In this document: one piece after another, positions 8,225 through 17,432 of the stretch
Layout of the letters: every line of letters starts with the position of its first letter
Numbering within the stretch: position 1 is the first letter of the stretch
Origin: a virus
Taxonomy: Duplodnaviria; Caudoviricetes
IMG/VR virus record: IMGVR_UViG_3300046733_000629
DNA length: 64,000 nucleotides
Strand: one strand, 5' to 3'
Position numbers and translations under genes: made by a program
The notes under the pieces: model-generated
What the model was told of the DNA's origin: nothing
Database searches by the model: none
Seen by the model: only the letters and a program-made list of their open reading frames with translations

Positions 8225-9579
8225 TGGCACAACAATATTTTTACGATAAACAAATTAGAAGATACATTCAACAGTTTATAAGACTGTTTAGTGGATTCAG
8301 TGTTGAAATGGGTAAAAACGAAGAAGACTTATCTGTATTTCAACAAGTTCCTGTACGTTATGGAGACATTAATAGAATGGCTGCACACATAACAAGAGAA
8401 AACAGTGAAAACATTATTAATACTGTTCCGTTTATAAGTTGTTACGTAACTTCATTAGATATGTTACCAGAAAGACGTACATATCAAGATCATGTTGATA
8501 AAGTTCAAGTATTTGAAAAGAAATACGATGACACAACTGGTGAATATATAAATGAAAGAGGAAATAGTTATACCGTTGAAAGACATGCACCTGTTCCTTA
8601 TATGTTACAAATGAATTGTGATATTTGGACTTCAAACACAGACCAAAAATTACAATTAATGGAACAAATACTAGTATTATTTAATCCTACACTAGACATA
8701 AGAACAAACAATAGTCCAATTGACTGGACTGCATTGAGTCATGTAGAATTAACTAATACAACATGGAGTACAAGAAGTGTGGGATCAAGCATAGATGATA
8801 TTATTGATGTTGCTACTTTAAGTTTTAATATACCAGTACATATTAATCCTCCAGCTAAAGTTAAACAGCAAAAATTAATTCATACAATTATAAGTGAACT
8901 GTATAACTTAGACGATACAAATTTAGATTTGTTTAGAGAAGAGCAATCCTTTGATAAACAAACGTTGCAATATACAATTGTAACATACGAAGATAGAAAA
9001 GTGAAATACGAAGATGGTAATTTACAATTATTAAACGCTAATGGGCAAAAACTTGATAACGATGGTTTAATACTAGACTGGTCTAAAGAGTTAAAACCTT
9101 TTGGTGAATTACGAACTGGAATAAGTCAATTAAGACTTAGAAAAAATACAGACGTAAGTGACAAATCAGATGATATAATTGGTAAACTTGATTTCCATCC
9201 TAGTGACTCAAATCTATTAACAGTTGACGTAGATCAGTCAACATTACCAACAAATACACTCACAGCCGTAAATGCTATTTTAGATCCAGTTAAAAATTAT
9301 CCTGGAGATGGAACAGTTCCAGCCGCATCATTAGGACAAAGATATATATTAATTAATGATGTACCTAGTAATCAATGGTTAAATGTTGTTGCCCACAGAT
9401 ATGATATTATTGAATATAATGGATCAACTTGGAATGTAAGTTTTGATTCTTCTACAAATACAGATACTCAATATGTAACTAACGTAGCAAGCAACGACCA
9501 GTTAGAATGGAACGGTAAAGAGTGGGTTAATAGCTATGAGGGAATTTACAATGCAGGATTCTGGAGACTCTATCTTTAA
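8224..9579 (+). CDS. gp15: Tail terminator / sheath stabiliser (gp15-like) with C-terminal extension
   Basis: YFYDKQIRRYIQQFIRLFS, VPVRYG, PVPY.L, QLMEQILVLFNP. Confidence 0.8.
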   Translation: MAQQYFYDKQIRRYIQQFIRLFSGFSVEMGKNEEDLSVFQQVPVRYGDINRMAAHITRENSENIINTVPFISCYVTSLDMLPERRTYQDHVDKVQVFEKKYDDTTGEYINERGNSYTVERHAPVPYMLQMNCDIWTSNTDQKLQLMEQILVLFNPTLDIRTNNSPIDWTALSHVELTNTTWSTRSVGSSIDDIIDVATLSFNIPVHINPPAKVKQQKLIHTIISELYNLDDTNLDLFREEQSFDKQTLQYTIVTYEDRKVKYEDGNLQLLNANGQKLDNDGLILDWSKELKPFGELRTGISQLRLRKNTDVSDKSDDIIGKLDFHPSDSNLLTVDVDQSTLPTNTLTAVNAILDPVKNYPGDGTVPAASLGQRYILINDVPSNQWLNVVAHRYDIIEYNGSTWNVSFDSSTNTDTQYVTNVASNDQLEWNGKEWVNSYEGIYNAGFWRLYL

Positions 9580-9628
9580 TATCGACGACCCGTGTGACGA
9601 TGTAAGTCATTGGATAGGAAAAATATGA
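9551..9628 (+). CDS. Putative 25-aa micro-ORF (MQDSGDSIFNIDDPCDDVSHWIGKI)
   Basis: Stop forms an ATGA overlap with the probable NUDIX start at 9625. Confidence 0.35.
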   Translation: MQDSGDSIFNIDDPCDDVSHWIGKI

Positions 9629-10059
9629 TAATAGCAAGTGGTTGTTTATTTTTAAGCACAGACACAGGAAGAATAATGCTTCAACAACGAAGCGGTGAAG
9701 TTAATCACCCACGAACATGGGGTTTCTTTGGAGGCAAGGCTGAAAAAGGTGAAAGACCAACTGAAGCACTATTGCGTGAAATAGAAGAAGAGCTTGGATT
9801 AGTTCCAGATATAAAAAAAGTTATTCCTGTTAATAAATTTACTAGTCCTAATAAGAAATTTGTTTACCATACATTTTTAGTCACAGTTGAAGAGGAGTTT
9901 ATTCCTGTTCTTAATAACGAAAGTGATGGTTATTGCTGGATTAAAATTGGCAACTGGCCTAGACCGTTGCACCCTGGTGCAAAAATACAATGTAATTCAA
10001 AACAGTTTGTTAAAAAAATAAAAACAGTATACGAACAGTTTACTACATCGCTGGATTAA
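9610..10059 (+). CDS. NUDIX hydrolase (probable start 9625)
   Basis: Complete Nudix box GGKAEKGERPTEALLREIEEELGL. Confidence 0.9.
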   Translation: MDRKNMIIASGCLFLSTDTGRIMLQQRSGEVNHPRTWGFFGGKAEKGERPTEALLREIEEELGLVPDIKKVIPVNKFTSPNKKFVYHTFLVTVEEEFIPVLNNESDGYCWIKIGNWPRPLHPGAKIQCNSKQFVKKIKTVYEQFTTSLD

Positions 10060-10759
10060 TAATACCCATTTCTTTTCTACTGAATATATTATTTAAAAAT
10101 GAATTAAATACTTCTTCACTATCATATTGATGAATATCACTAAAATCTGGATCAATTTCATACATTTCAGAATTTGTTCTCATGCTATGTGAGAAACCCA
10201 ATGCAGTTGCAGTTTCTTTCCAACCATAATAACGTTTTAAATTAAAATTATTTTTTATTTCATTACATTCTATAGTAATTTGTTGTAGCATTCTTTCGTC
10301 ATTTTTATACCAAGTATATATTGGATATGTAATATCCCACCCACCTACATGTTTCCACCAATTAAAGCATTCTTGTGGTGTATCATAAAAAGACCAAAAC
10401 CTTGCTTTTGGAAATAGTTGTTTTAATAATGGCAAATGATAGCTAAACCAATGACTTTTAATAATTTTAGTTCCATAATTCCAATCAGTAAATGGTGCTT
10501 TAAATTCTTGTATTATTTCTTCTTTAGTTAATGTATCTAATATATCAAACTTATGTCCTACTGGATTATCAGGACCCCAATAAGCACCTCGATGCCATCC
10601 AACAACTTGTCCGTCAACTTTTTTTCTATATACAAAGTTATTCTTATTATCAGACAAATTAATATCTTTACATATAAGACTAAGCATACGAATTGCTCCA
10701 CTCCATCTAGATCCTGGAGCTCCTGTAACTATAATTAAATCTTCACCTTGATATTCCAT
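10043..10759 (-). CDS. Sulfotransferase-like / P-loop-like protein
   Basis: N-terminal IIVTGAPGSRWSG and IIKSHWF motifs. Confidence 0.45.
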   Translation of the reverse strand: MEYQGEDLIIVTGAPGSRWSGAIRMLSLICKDINLSDNKNNFVYRKKVDGQVVGWHRGAYWGPDNPVGHKFDILDTLTKEEIIQEFKAPFTDWNYGTKIIKSHWFSYHLPLLKQLFPKARFWSFYDTPQECFNWWKHVGGWDITYPIYTWYKNDERMLQQITIECNEIKNNFNLKRYYGWKETATALGFSHSMRTNSEMYEIDPDFSDIHQYDSEEVFNSFLNNIFSRKEMGIINPAM

Positions 10760-11568
10760 TAGTTTCCTTTATTAATTTCTTTTAAAATTTTGTTTGTAAG
10801 GTATTCATGTGTCTTAGGTCCTGGGTGTGTTTGGTCTCTTCCTAAATCTATCATTTCTTCTTTACTGTACTGTATTGATTTAATGTGTGTTGGTTCATAA
10901 TCATAAAACCAATGCTTTCTTCTTTCGTTTGGTTCTAATATATAATACTGTGCATTTGGAAATGATTGTAGTAACGCTAGTTCAAACATTTTAAATATTT
11001 TACCATTGCTTTGTTTAAAAGTTTCTCTAACAAGTTTTCTAACTTTTTCATCTTTTTCTTTTCTTAACCAAAATCGCATAAGCCAATTAGTATCATTAAC
11101 ACCCCAAAAATCAGTAAGTATAACATATTTTGGATTAAGTTTAAAATCAAATAGATTATCTGCCATATCAGTTAATGTATCAAAATCACTTATATTAAAA
11201 TGATTTAATGATAATTTTTTAGAAAGCAAATATGGTATACTCATTTCATATGGTATTCCAGTTCCTAATAATAAACTTCCGCCGGCAAATACTATACCAA
11301 CATCAGTTAAATCATCTGGACCTCTATATCCATATTTGTTCCATTTATAACTAAAGTCTAAATTAGTATCATTATCCCAATCAAGTTCTTGTATTGCATT
11401 AAAAGTAAAATGATCAGTTCCATTTTCTCCTACTTTGCATTTGTTTCCTGTATCATGCCGGCCATAATATTTTATTGTTTCATTTGGCAATCTTGGCTGT
11501 TTTTCAGCTTTTTCTTTTTGATTATAAAAGAACTTTGGATCTACCTCAGGAAAGTCGTTTTCTATCAT
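10759..11568 (-). CDS. SGNH/GDSL hydrolase-like protein
   Basis: NKYGYR...FAGGSLLLG and C-terminal GRDQTHPG..TH (DxxH). Confidence 0.6.
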   Translation of the reverse strand: MIENDFPEVDPKFFYNQKEKAEKQPRLPNETIKYYGRHDTGNKCKVGENGTDHFTFNAIQELDWDNDTNLDFSYKWNKYGYRGPDDLTDVGIVFAGGSLLLGTGIPYEMSIPYLLSKKLSLNHFNISDFDTLTDMADNLFDFKLNPKYVILTDFWGVNDTNWLMRFWLRKEKDEKVRKLVRETFKQSNGKIFKMFELALLQSFPNAQYYILEPNERRKHWFYDYEPTHIKSIQYSKEEMIDLGRDQTHPGPKTHEYLTNKILKEINKGN

Positions 11569-12518
11569 ACTTTAATAACTCTATTAGGATCTGGATTATC
11601 AATCATGTGTTGTACTTTATCATTAATGAATCCAGTAAATTGGAAAGTAACTCTTGGTGTATATCCAAAGTTAGCTGTTCCATGTGGCATATTACACCAA
11701 TCGTATGTTATACATTCGCCTGCTTTATACTGATGATAATATGTATTACCAAATTGCCATACATGTCCATAATCCCAATCTTGTAGCATAACTAAAAACC
11801 TTCTTAATTTTAAAGGATTTTTATCAGCGCCAGCTTTAGTCCATACTTCACGCCATCCTGGTCTTGCATATCTCATTTGTTGATCAATATGAATAGGAGT
11901 AACTTGTCCTAGTCTTTGAATATGTAATCTGGATTGATGAACATCTACTCCTAATGCATCTATCATTCTAAGTAGTATTGCATACTCTGGTGATTCATTA
12001 CGCTTTGCGAAATAGTTTTTTCCATCTTTATCAAATCTTGCTCTAACAACCATGTCATGATACATACTACTTACGTCTTCTTTACCAGAAGCAAGTAGAA
12101 CGTCTTGTATTTCTCCGTCATGTAAATCTTTATCTTGTTTACTTAGATTACGCTGTCTATAATTTCCTATAGTCATTTCTGTTGCAGTTTTTAGTGCATG
12201 CTGTACTGCTTCACTAAAATCTCCTTCAAATCTACAAGGTACTACAAATGTTTCTTCATGTGGATCAGCAAAAGTATCAAAGTGCCAATCGGCACGTAAT
12301 TTATTATGCTCCCATCTGCTTGGAACTCCATCTACTTTAAAAATGTTATCCATTTTGTCATGTTTTTCCATCTGTTCATTACTATACATTTCATCTTTAT
12401 ATGCTGAATCAATTTGGGTATTACCTTCTTGATGTTTATGTTCTGCTTTTTTAACTGCATCTACAAGGTCATCTATTTTATCGCCACTATAATAATTTTT
12501 ATCTGTTTTTTGTTTCAT
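11565..12518 (-). CDS. 2OG-Fe(II) dioxygenase (Asp/Asn beta-hydroxylase-like)
   Basis: GQVTPIHID, PHGTAN, PRVTFQFTG. Confidence 0.7.
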   Translation of the reverse strand: MKQKTDKNYYSGDKIDDLVDAVKKAEHKHQEGNTQIDSAYKDEMYSNEQMEKHDKMDNIFKVDGVPSRWEHNKLRADWHFDTFADPHEETFVVPCRFEGDFSEAVQHALKTATEMTIGNYRQRNLSKQDKDLHDGEIQDVLLASGKEDVSSMYHDMVVRARFDKDGKNYFAKRNESPEYAILLRMIDALGVDVHQSRLHIQRLGQVTPIHIDQQMRYARPGWREVWTKAGADKNPLKLRRFLVMLQDWDYGHVWQFGNTYYHQYKAGECITYDWCNMPHGTANFGYTPRVTFQFTGFINDKVQHMIDNPDPNRVIKV

Positions 12519-12519
12519 G

Positions 12520-13098
12520 TTAATGTTCTTTACAGTTTGGTAACATACTAATAATTGTCTTTAAGTTATTTTCAGTTAAAAACACACTCATCAATATATG
12601 ATATATGTCGTCTGACATAGCAAAGCTACCGTGTTGTTTTCTTGTATTTAATATATATGGAACACCAGGTTTAAAATCTATACGTTTGTTTTCGTATATA
12701 AAATTCCATTGACTAACATCTGTTTTATTTAATGGAATGAAAATTCTAATTTGTGGATTAAGTCTATATGCATCTCTATGCATACTAAAGAACGAACCTG
12801 CATTCATGTGTGCAGCTCTACATCTAGCTAAATTTTCCCATTTAGTAAAAAAATCAATAATTGATGGGCAATTGTGTGTATTAACATTTGGCTCTTGGTA
12901 TTCTGCATGTTTGCCTTTATGGTCAAGTGTTAAATCACCAACTGGTCCTGTTAAATTTACTCCACGTTTTCCGTTAGGTCCTTGTTCCCATTCTAATTGT
13001 TTAAGTTCGTTGATAGCTTCGTCTGAATTAAACTTATAATCTAATTCAAATATATCTCCGTAACTATTCAGTAGTGGTAGTAGATTTATATCTTTCAT
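12520..13098 (-). CDS. 2OG-Fe(II) dioxygenase (Asp/Asn beta-hydroxylase-like)
   Basis: GSFFSMHRD, RIFIPL, LNTRKQH. Confidence 0.7.
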   Translation of the reverse strand: MKDINLLPLLNSYGDIFELDYKFNSDEAINELKQLEWEQGPNGKRGVNLTGPVGDLTLDHKGKHAEYQEPNVNTHNCPSIIDFFTKWENLARCRAAHMNAGSFFSMHRDAYRLNPQIRIFIPLNKTDVSQWNFIYENKRIDFKPGVPYILNTRKQHGSFAMSDDIYHILMSVFLTENNLKTIISMLPNCKEH

Positions 13099-13348
13099 TT
13101 TTTGGTTGCTTTCTTAATTCGTCCATATCTTTTATATGCTGAATACGCATAATTTGATGATACATTCTAATTACACCTTTAGGTGCATCTGCTTTCCATA
13201 AGAAAGGAAATATTCCGTGTGCAATACTTTTAAATGCAATTATAATAAGTGACCAGCTATTTTTAAAACTGTGCCATAAATGATACCAGTAACCCCATCC
13301 TGTTTCTACTTTAAGATGATGTACTGATTCCTTGAACCATTTTAGCAT
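13064..13348 (-). CDS. Small hydrophobic protein, DUF6356-like
   Basis: HL...YWYH...IAHGIFPFL pattern. Confidence 0.5.
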   Translation of the reverse strand: MLKWFKESVHHLKVETGWGYWYHLWHSFKNSWSLIIIAFKSIAHGIFPFLWKADAPKGVIRMYHQIMRIQHIKDMDELRKQPKNERYKSTTTTE

Positions 13349-13351
13349 TTA

Positions 13352-14476
13352 TCATTCCGTCACTTTCTTTTTCATACTTGCAACAAATTGTTCACGTAAC
13401 CATTCATAGTCATTAATTTTGTTAAGAGCATCAACATCTTTTGCATGTTCTTCGCCATACAATTTTCCTTCTAATGCACCTTTAATACAATAACGTCCAA
13501 ATCTTGCACCGTTGTCTAATGTACACCATGCTTCTAATCTGTCTACTGTATCTTTTCTAGGACTATCTGTTTGCTGAATTCCACTTGAAAGTTTTACACA
13601 TTCACGGAATGCACTACGCCATGTTCTATATGGATCTTTGTTAAATCTTGTGATGTTTGATACATCTGTAATTGGTTGATAAAAACTAACACCTGTTGTA
13701 AAGTCTGGAAGTATATGTCCTAACTCTAACAATTGTTCTCTTGGAAATAATTTTACACCTCCATATCCATATTCTAAATCATTAATAGGATTTTTAGCAC
13801 TCCACACATATGTTGTATTTTTACGTTTACTCATTGGTGGAATATAATCAAAACTAAAATGCGACATTACGTCTGCATCTGCGTCAACAATATATACCAT
13901 TTCTGATTTAGCTAATTCTGCAACTTTTCTGTGTGCATTACCAATGCCTTCAACATTCTTAACATGTTGTGCATCTTTAAATCTATTTCTTAGTTTTTGG
14001 AAATTTTCGTCTGCTTCAGCTTCATGGAAACTAATCATAAAAATATCAAATTCTGCTACATGATAACTTGAAACAATTTTATTTTGTACTGTAGTGTGTG
14101 ATACACCATTTGTTGGAACTAAATGAATATCTCCCCAACTAACTGGTCTGTTTGTTCTTTTAATTACTCTAGGAAATGTGTGTATTACAGATTTTGCAAT
14201 ACGATCGGTTGGTCTATATTGCCAAGGAAAGTTAGGATTAATTTCAGTTTCATCAAATACTACCCAAGCCATATCAGCTGTATCTTTGTATTGTGATGCT
14301 TCTTTTAGTAATTCTGTTTCTTCTGTAATTTTTGTAGCAGTTCTAATTATTGGATATGATTCGAACATAAATCTTTTTAGTCTATCCCAAGGCGTTACTA
14401 CATTTTGTCCTTGGAACTCTTTACCTTTGTTATTAATTAAATTAATCATTGCAATCGCCTTTAACTGTAAATGCAC
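13352..14476 (-). CDS. GT-A-fold glycosyltransferase-like protein (probable start 14449)
   Basis: NAHRKVAE..SEMVYIVDADA (DxD), NPINDLEYGYGGVKL. Confidence 0.65.
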   Translation of the reverse strand: MHLQLKAIAMINLINNKGKEFQGQNVVTPWDRLKRFMFESYPIIRTATKITEETELLKEASQYKDTADMAWVVFDETEINPNFPWQYRPTDRIAKSVIHTFPRVIKRTNRPVSWGDIHLVPTNGVSHTTVQNKIVSSYHVAEFDIFMISFHEAEADENFQKLRNRFKDAQHVKNVEGIGNAHRKVAELAKSEMVYIVDADADVMSHFSFDYIPPMSKRKNTTYVWSAKNPINDLEYGYGGVKLFPREQLLELGHILPDFTTGVSFYQPITDVSNITRFNKDPYRTWRSAFRECVKLSSGIQQTDSPRKDTVDRLEAWCTLDNGARFGRYCIKGALEGKLYGEEHAKDVDALNKINDYEWLREQFVASMKKKVTE

Positions 14477-15092
14477 GTGTTCCTATATGTGCAATTCTGT
14501 CACTTAATTCGTGACTAATATTTACTTCATATCCTGCATTATTTGCAAGGCTACAAAAGTATATATCTTCTCCTACAAGGCTAGTATATGTTTCATTATA
14601 TTCTATCTTATAGTGAGGTAGAGGAATATTTTCGTATACTTCTCTTCTTACTAACATCATTCCACTACCAACTGCCCAAACTTTTTCAATTCCTGTACCT
14701 GTTAATACTCTACTATCTAAGTTTGTTTTGCTTTTAAAAGCAACAGGCCTGTGTGGTGGTACTCTTGTTGCATAATTACCAGCAATAATATCTTTATTGG
14801 CTGCTAATAATATATTTAGCGTATCTACCGGAAACTGCATATCAGCATCTATCCACATAATATGTGTACAATTTGTTTCTAGTGCTTCAGTTACAAGTTG
14901 CTGACGTTGCATAGCTACTTCGCTTCCCATATTAAAATGTAAGCTAGTAGATAGTCCAGTCTCACCACACTTTTTTTGAAGCATGGCAAGGCTGTACGCA
15001 AAGACCGCGGTAACATTATCTCGCACAGGAACACATATTGCTACATTTGCGGTATTGTTATTTTTGTGAAAATAATTAGGTACGCTAACCAT
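14442..15092 (-). CDS. Glycosyltransferase family 2-like protein
   Basis: VAICVPVRD, HIMWIDADM, GSGMMLVRREVY, GEDIYFC. Confidence 0.8.
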   Translation of the reverse strand: MVSVPNYFHKNNNTANVAICVPVRDNVTAVFAYSLAMLQKKCGETGLSTSLHFNMGSEVAMQRQQLVTEALETNCTHIMWIDADMQFPVDTLNILLAANKDIIAGNYATRVPPHRPVAFKSKTNLDSRVLTGTGIEKVWAVGSGMMLVRREVYENIPLPHYKIEYNETYTSLVGEDIYFCSLANNAGYEVNISHELSDRIAHIGTRAFTVKGDCND

Positions 15093-15095
15093 TAA

Positions 15096-15518
15096 TTATT
15101 TTTCAGAAGCAAGTTCTGTTTGAAGTTCTGCTTCTACTTGCTGTACTTCATAATTAAGTTGTTTAGCAATAGCTGTAGCTTGTTTAACACATGCGGCAAA
15201 TGCTTCATCTTCTAAAGCTACCATATAGTTCATATGTTCAGGCTGTACTTTACCAATTGTTAAAATATCAATAGCCGCTAATTTTGATAAACGTGCTACC
15301 CAATATTCTTCTTCAGACTCTTCAATATTTGCTAATAGTGCATCAATATCATGCTCAGCTGCAAAATCTTTGTGGATTGCTTCTAAAACTGGTAAGTCTG
15401 GATGTTGTTGTTCACGTGCTTGCATAAGCTCCGTGGTTAATACTTGTGCTTTACGTGACGCTGTTGGATGTGCGCCAAGCACGAACGTTTCGATCTCAAA
15501 TCGTGTTCTTATACTCAT
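15096..15518 (-). CDS. Hypothetical helical protein, first gene of the modification operon
   Basis: 140 aa, AGGAG RBS. Confidence 0.7.
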   Translation of the reverse strand: MSIRTRFEIETFVLGAHPTASRKAQVLTTELMQAREQQHPDLPVLEAIHKDFAAEHDIDALLANIEESEEEYWVARLSKLAAIDILTIGKVQPEHMNYMVALEDEAFAACVKQATAIAKQLNYEVQQVEAELQTELASEK

Positions 15519-15568
15519 TGTTTTCTCCTGTGTTGAGTTTACATTTTTTGTAAATATAATTAGTTACT

Positions 15569-15597
15569 ATTTTACAATAAAACGATGATGTTGTCAA
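15569..15597 (-). promoter_or_regulatory. Sigma70-type promoter for the 15518-10043 operon
   Basis: TTGACA-17bp-TAAAAT. Confidence 0.8.
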
Positions 15598-15627
15598 CAA
15601 GTAACAACACCATCATTAAATTAATTC

Positions 15628-15849
15628 TTATGGATGTGTTGGTTCGTCAGTTGTCGGATCTACTCCGGAACTCGTACCCCACGTGTTAGGGTTCTGCCAT
15701 CCGCCAAACGTAGCCGATAAACTAATGTTTGATGTTACTGATGGTGTAATAAACGCACCTAATTGACTTAGTGTTACTGTTCCACTTAGTCCAAAGTAGT
15801 TACGTACTTGTCCCATGCTGATTGCTGAACCTGTTGCTGGTAATGCCAT
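15628..15849 (-). CDS. Small tail-fibre-associated protein
   Basis: MALPATGSAISM N-terminus typical of small fibre-tip proteins; late promoter 15905-15911 and AAGGAG RBS. Confidence 0.6.
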   Translation of the reverse strand: MALPATGSAISMGQVRNYFGLSGTVTLSQLGAFITPSVTSNISLSATFGGWQNPNTWGTSSGVDPTTDEPTHP

Positions 15850-15962
15850 TTGTTGACTCCTTGCTTATAATTAACGTTAATCACAAGCATATTGCTTGCT
15901 TAACTATTTATCTATATGTCTCATAACATATAAGAGTATATTATTTTTTCTTTAATATAATA

Positions 15963-17324
15963 TTAAGGTGTTATTTGTAGTGTAGATGGTACTAATTGTA
16001 TCCAATTTGTTCCGTCATATCCTTCAAATATTTTAGTATCAGTATTAAAATAAAACTGTCCTTCTACCGGACTAACCGGTCTTTGTGCTTCTGTACCTTT
16101 AGGTGCTACAAACGTAGTAGGTGCATTAGCATAACTTTGTAAATTAGCTGTAACTGTAGTTATCTGCCCATCTGTATACGAATTTGCTGTATTTACGGCT
16201 GCTGTTTTAGTTATTAAATCTTGTTGTTGTGCAAATAAATTAGATACTGCTGTTGTTGAATAATTTGATAAATCATTTGGCTGTATTACATTATTAGCAT
16301 CAGTTAAATCACTTATATCTAATCCAGTTATTGTTGCATTAGTAACATCCATTGTATCATTAACTGTTAACTCATCTATTGATGCTACTGTTACTGCTAA
16401 CTGTGAATCGTTGTTGCCAGTTCCTACTGTAAGTACTGGGTTATTTGCTAGTGTATCGCCAAGGTCACCATATAGTGTTCCTGTTAAATAAGCATTGTGT
16501 CCAAAAAATGTATCTGCTCCAGTAGTATTAACTATTGTTGCTCCGCCTGATGATGATGGTGCTTTTAGTTTTTCAACTTCAGCATCGTGAATTGTTAATG
16601 TATCTCTTACTGCTCCAGTAGTAATGATTGGAACTAGTGAAGTTGGAGATGTTACATCACCATGCACATCACCATAAAGTCTACCTGTTACATTACCATT
16701 TAAACTACCAGTAAGAGAGACTGTATTACTTAGTGCTACACTAACACGAGCGTCTGCATAAGAATTAACTTCGGTTGCAAAATCTACAAAGGCAAATTTA
16801 CTTGTGCTACTGTCGTATAAAAGAAAATCTCCATTTGCTACAGTATCACTAGTATGTCCAACATCTGATAATCCAATTAGTGATTGTGAATTTTGTGATG
16901 CTGTAATGCGTGTGTTAATTTCACTTTCAAGGTTTACATAACTCCATGTTGAACCATCATATAAAATTAAATCACCAGTTGTAGCTGATCCATTATCAAT
17001 ATCAGTTAAATCAGATAATGTGGAAGGAATATTTCCTGCAATAATTATATCTGCAGTAAGTGTTCCTACTGATAAATTTCCTTTTTGTGTTATTTGTGCT
17101 GCTTCAATTTGGTTACTTGACTCTGCTCCAATGTATCCATCAATTACATAAAATGTCTGTGTTTCTGCGTCTCTAACAAATCCTGCATAATTGTTAATAC
17201 CAATTTTTCCTAAGAAGCCTATATCAGATATACCTGAATTATCCTTTCCTAAAATTAGGATAGGATCGGAAAAAGCAGCATCACTAGTGTCAATGTTTGA
17301 CGTTTGAATTTTTCTAAAAGACAT
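15963..17324 (-). CDS. Virion fibre / structural protein
   Basis: Two GD(L/F)xLYD repeats; C-terminal PKGTEAQRP...GQFYFNTDTKIFEGYDGTNW; late promoter 17351-17357. Confidence 0.7.
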   Translation of the reverse strand: MSFRKIQTSNIDTSDAAFSDPILILGKDNSGISDIGFLGKIGINNYAGFVRDAETQTFYVIDGYIGAESSNQIEAAQITQKGNLSVGTLTADIIIAGNIPSTLSDLTDIDNGSATTGDLILYDGSTWSYVNLESEINTRITASQNSQSLIGLSDVGHTSDTVANGDFLLYDSSTSKFAFVDFATEVNSYADARVSVALSNTVSLTGSLNGNVTGRLYGDVHGDVTSPTSLVPIITTGAVRDTLTIHDAEVEKLKAPSSSGGATIVNTTGADTFFGHNAYLTGTLYGDLGDTLANNPVLTVGTGNNDSQLAVTVASIDELTVNDTMDVTNATITGLDISDLTDANNVIQPNDLSNYSTTAVSNLFAQQQDLITKTAAVNTANSYTDGQITTVTANLQSYANAPTTFVAPKGTEAQRPVSPVEGQFYFNTDTKIFEGYDGTNWIQLVPSTLQITP

Positions 17325-17382
17325 TTTTGTGTTCCTTACGTATATAGTAGTATTTATCTATTACGTAATTATATTTAGCCAT

Positions 17383-17412
17383 AAAAAAAGCAGGGTAAAA
17401 ATACCCTGCTTT
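17383..17412 (-). terminator. Intrinsic terminator
   Basis: AAAGCAGGGTA/TACCCTGCTTT stem plus T run. Confidence 0.8.
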
Positions 17413-17432
17413 AGTTTAATTAGTAATTTAAA

